Assembly: GCA_964355175.1 (NCBI GenBank)
Contig: CAYHBZ010000001.1
Coordinates: forward strand, 64,445 to 128,444
DNA: 64,000 bases
Direction: 5' to 3'
Origin: an uncultured Gammaproteobacteria bacterium
GTDB taxonomy: Bacteria; Patescibacteriota; Patescibacteriia; Magasanikbacterales; GWA2-37-8
A program made the translations under genes and the position numbers. How positions within the stretch are numbered: the first letter of the stretch is position 1; each line of letters begins with the position of its first letter. Shown in pieces: positions 59,595 to 64,000 of the stretch. The notes beneath the pieces were generated by a model. That model did not search any database and was not told the origin of the DNA. It was given only the letters and a program-made list of their open reading frames with translations.

Positions 59595-61376
59595 TTATTT
59601 GATAAATCCACCAGCTTGCAGATCCCAAAGTTTCTTGTACAGACCGCCTTTTTTCTTGAGCAACTGGGCGTGCGTACCGTCTTCAGCCACCGCGCCCTTA
59701 TCTATCACCAAAATTCTATCAGCACTCATAATTGTAGACAAGCGATGCGCAATCATAATCACAGTTTTGCCTTGCATCAAAATATTCAAAGCGTCTTGGA
59801 TATAATGTTCGGATTGAGAATCCAAGCTAGACGTAGCCTCATCCAAAAATAGAATCGGCGCATTTTTGAGAATCGCGCGCGCTATTGCGACACGCTGACG
59901 CTCACCACCTGAAAGCTTCACACCGCGCTCACCCACATAAGTATCATAAGTTTCCGGCAGACCGGCAATAAACTCATGACAATGGGCCAATTTGGCCGCC
60001 GCCTCTATTTCGGCATCGGTGGCGTCAAATCTACCATAGCGGATATTTTCACGTAAAGTACGATGGAATAAAATAGGATCCTGAGGTACCAACGAAATAT
60101 TTTTCCACAGACTTTCTTGAGAAACTTTGGCAATATTTTGTCCATCAATCAAAACTTTTCCTGCCGACACATCGTGCATACGCAACAACAATTTCACTAG
60201 CGTAGATTTACCGGCACCAGACGGCCCCACCAAAGCAATTTTCTGACCACTCTTAATTTCCAAATTAAATTTCTTCAGAATGGCACGAGTTTCATGATAA
60301 TTAAATCCAACTTCTTTAAATTCAATCTTACCTTCCCCTACTTTCAAATCCTTGGCCCCAGGCACATCATTTATTTCGTGAGGAGCGACCAAAATTTCCG
60401 TCATTTCTGCCGCTTCGGACAGATCTGAATAGATATTACGTACCACACGACCAAAATTCCAAATATTTTGCACCACCGTGATTATGTATGCCTGGATCAA
60501 CATCAAATCACCGGCCGTGAATTTACCCACTTGCCATAGCTTGATACCGATATACATCAACACCGCTTCCAGTAAAAAGGCAAAGAAAGCCTGAAAACCA
60601 TCGAAGGCACTATCCATGTACCAAGAAAAAAGTTGTAAGCGGGAAAATTTAGCCTGAGTATCTTTGAAATAACCCTTCTCTTTCCCGTAACCGTTAAATA
60701 ATTTTACATTAACATGATTGGTAATAGTATCGGCCAAAACACCACTGACGGCTGAATCGGCTTCACTGCGCATGATATCGTACTTGATGCGATAGCGATT
60801 ATAAAATACGCTAATCACCACATACACCGCTATCCAGATAAGCAAAGCGAGACCAAGATAAAGATTGCGATAAAATAAAACACCTAAAACGATAGTAATT
60901 TCCAGCACCATTTCGGCCACATTGAAAATAATACGATCGTTGAGCGATTCAAACGAACGCACAAATCTGTTCACGCGCTTTACCAGCGAACCTACAAAAT
61001 TATTATTGAAAAAAGTAAAAGAATGACGATGTAAATAGCCAAAAGCAAAATTACCCAAATCTGACATCGTCTTGGAGCAAAAATAAGAATCCGCGAACAT
61101 CTCCAGACGGCGCGAAGCAAATTGTACAAAACGTAAAAATACTATTATCCAAAATATTTTATAAAGGGCGGGCAATAATTCTTCTACACTGCCGCTTTGC
61201 GCCAAAATATCCACAAATTGTTTCAAATAAAGTGGTACTGTTACACCAACAACTGAGGTAACTACAGCGCAACCGATAACCAAAGATAGAGATATTTTAT
61301 ATCTCTTCAAAAATTTCCAGTAAAAACCGGCGGTTTCTTTGACGTAAAGTCTCTTGGTCTTGCTTTCCGTTTTCAT
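59595..61376 (-). CDS. ABC exporter, fused permease/ATPase
   Basis: Six TM segments, GPSGAGKS, LSGGERQR, LDEATS. ATG at 61376. Confidence 0.93.
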   Translation of the reverse strand: MKTESKTKRLYVKETAGFYWKFLKRYKISLSLVIGCAVVTSVVGVTVPLYLKQFVDILAQSGSVEELLPALYKIFWIIVFLRFVQFASRRLEMFADSYFCSKTMSDLGNFAFGYLHRHSFTFFNNNFVGSLVKRVNRFVRSFESLNDRIIFNVAEMVLEITIVLGVLFYRNLYLGLALLIWIAVYVVISVFYNRYRIKYDIMRSEADSAVSGVLADTITNHVNVKLFNGYGKEKGYFKDTQAKFSRLQLFSWYMDSAFDGFQAFFAFLLEAVLMYIGIKLWQVGKFTAGDLMLIQAYIITVVQNIWNFGRVVRNIYSDLSEAAEMTEILVAPHEINDVPGAKDLKVGEGKIEFKEVGFNYHETRAILKKFNLEIKSGQKIALVGPSGAGKSTLVKLLLRMHDVSAGKVLIDGQNIAKVSQESLWKNISLVPQDPILFHRTLRENIRYGRFDATDAEIEAAAKLAHCHEFIAGLPETYDTYVGERGVKLSGGERQRVAIARAILKNAPILFLDEATSSLDSQSEHYIQDALNILMQGKTVIMIAHRLSTIMSADRILVIDKGAVAEDGTHAQLLKKKGGLYKKLWDLQAGGFIK

Positions 61377-61451
61377 AAAACACGATACGCGCACCCAATG
61401 GGCGCGCTCTGTATAAGAAGACGCTAAAAACCCATTTTTGTTACAAATTAG

Positions 61452-62201
61452 CTACATTTTGATCTTATTGAAAAAATAGCTGGCCAATCCTAGCAAGACC
61501 AGCGTTGTTCCAGAAAGCACAGCCAGATCCAATCCTAGACTAAAATGGGCGTAAGAGGGGCCAATAAGCAGATAACGCAGAGCGTCCACTCCATAAGTCA
61601 AAGGATCAAGAGCGGCCACAATAGTCATGATTTTGGGCAGACCTTCCAAAGGAAACAGCGCACCCGACAGGAAAAACATTGGCATGATAAGAAAATTTAC
61701 AATAATCTGAAAAGCATGCATATCTTCAAGCAGTGACCCAATCACCGTGCCAAAAGCGGCAAATAGCAGAGAAATCAAAAACATCACCCCAAAAGCGCCC
61801 AGTAGCGCCCACCAGGAATAAACTTTAAATTTAAAAATTGAAACAATTAAGAGCACAATAAATCCCTGTAAAAAAGCCACAGTCGCTCCACCCAAGGTGC
61901 GACCCAGCACAATCTTAAATCTACTCACCGGCGCCACAAATGTTTCTTTGAGAAATCCAAACTGCCGGTCCCAAATCATCTCAATACCGGAAAATACCGA
62001 CAAAAATAAAATACTCATCGCGATAATTCCCGGAGTAATAAACTGGATATAGTTGCCACCACCGGCTTTTTCATAAACCGGTCCAAAACCAAATCCCAAA
62101 GCCACCAAAAATAACAGCGGCTGACCAAGCGAGCCAACAATACGCGAACGACTGCGTAAATATTTTTTTATCTGTCTCAACCACAAAATGTATATCACCA
62201 T
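61452..62201 (-). CDS. ABC-2 type permease (DrrB-like)
   Basis: WDRQFGFLKE..VAP, PMFFLSGA.FP, PLTYGVDALR. Confidence 0.9.
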   Translation of the reverse strand: MVIYILWLRQIKKYLRSRSRIVGSLGQPLLFLVALGFGFGPVYEKAGGGNYIQFITPGIIAMSILFLSVFSGIEMIWDRQFGFLKETFVAPVSRFKIVLGRTLGGATVAFLQGFIVLLIVSIFKFKVYSWWALLGAFGVMFLISLLFAAFGTVIGSLLEDMHAFQIIVNFLIMPMFFLSGALFPLEGLPKIMTIVAALDPLTYGVDALRYLLIGPSYAHFSLGLDLAVLSGTTLVLLGLASYFFNKIKM

Positions 62202-62218
62202 ATAAAAAAGATAAAAAA

Positions 62219-63004
62219 TTATTTGCGCCACATCTTACCCTGCTGGCGCATAATGTCGGCGCTACTGGATTCCTCGTCGCGAATAGTTTTGCCGGTCAAT
62301 GCCAAAAACGCATCTTCGAGCGAACTGGTGCTGGTCTGGGCCTGCAATTCCACCGCTGTCCCCTGCCCCACTATTTTGCCGTGATCAATAATTATAATTC
62401 GATCGGCCACTTTTTGCGCTTCTTGCATATAATGGGTGCTAAAAAATACCGTCATTTTTTCTTCACGAGCCATTTTGGCTACATATTCCCAAATATGATT
62501 GCGTGTTTGCGGATCCAGACCAAGAGTCGGCTCATCCAAAAATAAAATTTTGGGATGATGGGTCAAACCACGCGCGATTTCGAGGCGCCGTTTCATACCG
62601 CCGGAAAACTTTTTTACCTGATCGTCACGCCTATCCCACAGCTCTACAAATTTCAACAATTGTTCAATGCGCTCCAACCGTATTTTTTTTGATACACCAT
62701 AAAGTATTGCGTGAATTTCCATATTTTCCCAAGCACTTAATTCATCATCGAGGCTGGGATCCTGAAAAATAATTCCAAAAGAACGACGCGCCGCGTCCGA
62801 ATCTACACTGGGATCAATTCCATTTAGTTCCAACTTTCCTTCTGTAGGATCAATAAGCGTAGTAAACATTTTTATGGTGGTAGTTTTCCCCGCGCCATTT
62901 GGCCCCAAAAAAGCCAATATCTCGCCCTCAGATACCGAAAAGCTGATATTATCTACGGCCAAAAAATCTCCGTATTTTTTTGTTAAATTAATCGCATCAA
63001 TCAT
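62219..63004 (-). CDS. ABC-2 ATP-binding protein (DrrA-like)
   Basis: GPNGAGKTT, FSGGMKRR, LDEPT.GLD. Confidence 0.93.
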   Translation of the reverse strand: MIDAINLTKKYGDFLAVDNISFSVSEGEILAFLGPNGAGKTTTIKMFTTLIDPTEGKLELNGIDPSVDSDAARRSFGIIFQDPSLDDELSAWENMEIHAILYGVSKKIRLERIEQLLKFVELWDRRDDQVKKFSGGMKRRLEIARGLTHHPKILFLDEPTLGLDPQTRNHIWEYVAKMAREEKMTVFFSTHYMQEAQKVADRIIIIDHGKIVGQGTAVELQAQTSTSSLEDAFLALTGKTIRDEESSSADIMRQQGKMWRK

Positions 63005-63492
63005 AGAGTTGCGTTTACTTTTTCATTATATTCTTTTAAATCAGCCAACACCTCATCAGCGTGCGTTTCTGGCTTTACGCCTTCATATACTTTGGCAATC
63101 TTACCTTGCGGATCTATTAGAAACGATTCGCGCATTATCCCCATATACTCGCGTCCCATAAATTTCTTTTTCTGCCAGACATCATAGGCCTGCACCACTT
63201 CTTTATTTTCATCGGCCAATAATGTAAATGGTAATTTAAATTTATCCGCAAATTTACGATGACTTTTTACCGAATCCACACTCACCCCAAAAATTTTGGC
63301 CTGAAGTTTTTTAAACTTAGGCAAATTATCACGCAAAGAACACGCTTCGGTGGTACAACCGGCGGTATCGTCTTTTGGATAAAAATATAACAACACCCAT
63401 TGTCCGGCGTAATCTTTCAAATCGTGCATTTTCCCGTCTTGATCCGGCAGATGAAACCCTGGCGCTTTCGCCCCAACTTTTAATTTGGACAT
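63001..63492 (-). CDS. bcp: Peroxiredoxin Bcp/PrxQ
   Basis: YFYPKDDTAGCTTEAC. Confidence 0.95.
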   Translation of the reverse strand: MSKLKVGAKAPGFHLPDQDGKMHDLKDYAGQWVLLYFYPKDDTAGCTTEACSLRDNLPKFKKLQAKIFGVSVDSVKSHRKFADKFKLPFTLLADENKEVVQAYDVWQKKKFMGREYMGIMRESFLIDPQGKIAKVYEGVKPETHADEVLADLKEYNEKVNATL

Positions 63493-63530
63493 AAATTTAT
63501 TATTAACCTCTTGTATTATAGCAAATATAA

Positions 63531-63569
63531 AAAGAAAAAGAACCAGCCCGTCTGGGCCATGGTTCTTTT
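63531..63569 (-). terminator. Terminator hairpin upstream of the bcp promoter
   Basis: Minus strand AAAAGAACCA-TG-GCCC-AGAC-GGGC-TGGTTCTTTT, then more T. Confidence 0.65.
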
Positions 63570-63704
63570 ACTGATGCAGCGTATCTCCTGTATAGGAGCA
63601 AAGTAGCTACAATCAGCGCCGGCTTCATGGAGGATCACTACCGATCTCTCCTATTAAGTATATACGACCATCCTGCCGCATTTGTTTCACTCACCCATAT
63701 AATT

Positions 63705-63998
63705 CTAATTTGCACCCGCGGCGGAAGTTGGCGTCGTGGATATAGAGGGCGTAGAAGTATTATAAGACTCTAATTCGCTATGCTGTCCACTACCCGACAA
63801 GGGTATGGGTGTGCCCAAAAATTTTGGCTTGGCATGAAAGAGTACATCAAAAAATCCCTTCACCCGTGCCATTGATTCGCGTATTTTTAACCAAACAATA
63901 CCACGGTAAGTGTGCTTGTCGGCCGAAAGCCCCACCACTTTCATACCCAGGCTCCTGCCAAAATAAACAGCGCGATTCAGATGAAAATTTTGCGTGAC
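63705..63998 (-). CDS. SanA/YdcF (DUF218) family protein, C-terminal part; runs off the window
   Basis: Frame is open to the window edge: VTQNFHLNRAVYFGRSLG...G.SAD...RE..AR.K. Confidence 0.8.
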   Translation of the reverse strand, partial: VTQNFHLNRAVYFGRSLGMKVVGLSADKHTYRGIVWLKIRESMARVKGFFDVLFHAKPKFLGTPIPLSGSGQHSELESYNTSTPSISTTPTSAAGAN

Positions 63999-64000
63999 CA

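Noticed and set aside
63600-63655. SAM-II or fluoride riboswitch resemblance (GCGCTGATT, TGTAGCTA)
   Set aside because: Spacing is incompatible with either consensus and the downstream gene does not fit.

Overview
AT-rich bacterial chromosome segment in the standard genetic code (TGA is used as stop). Gene content and style (mostly SD-less starts, coiled-coil/SLT and coiled-coil/M23 envelope proteins, AmmeMemo-CapA fusion, single Xer) point to a CPR/Patescibacteria genome, probably Parcubacteria/ABY1-like; this is inference. Most of the window is housekeeping: five aminoacyl-tRNA synthetases (proS, metG, lysS, serS, gltX), a complete F1Fo ATP synthase operon, mreBCD-mrdA, thiI/iscS/Rrf2, two Gre factors, typA, alr, ddl, a UvrD-nuclease fusion and ABC transporters. 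Genes are mostly on + up to about 54.4 kb and on - after that. I found no rRNA, complete tRNA, CRISPR array or transposase. The main signals lie in intergenic DNA below the ORF-track cutoff: (1) a 44-aa, 11-Cys metallothionein-like gene; (2) a promoter / CxxC leader peptide / terminator unit upstream of a DoxX gene; (3) a dif-like 11-6-11 inverted repeat overlapping the promoter of a coupled HTH-HNH plus Xer pair; (4) a compact yybP-ykoY (Mn2+) riboswitch-like leader before terC; (5) a 36-aa very basic orphan gene; (6) an unidentified multi-stem RNA-like element before the atp operon; (7) six copies of a REPIN-like palindrome, four in atp spacers; (8) a 24-bp direct repeat bracketing a three-gene islet; (9) two GC-rich, SD-led zinc-finger microgenes with long 3' hairpins.
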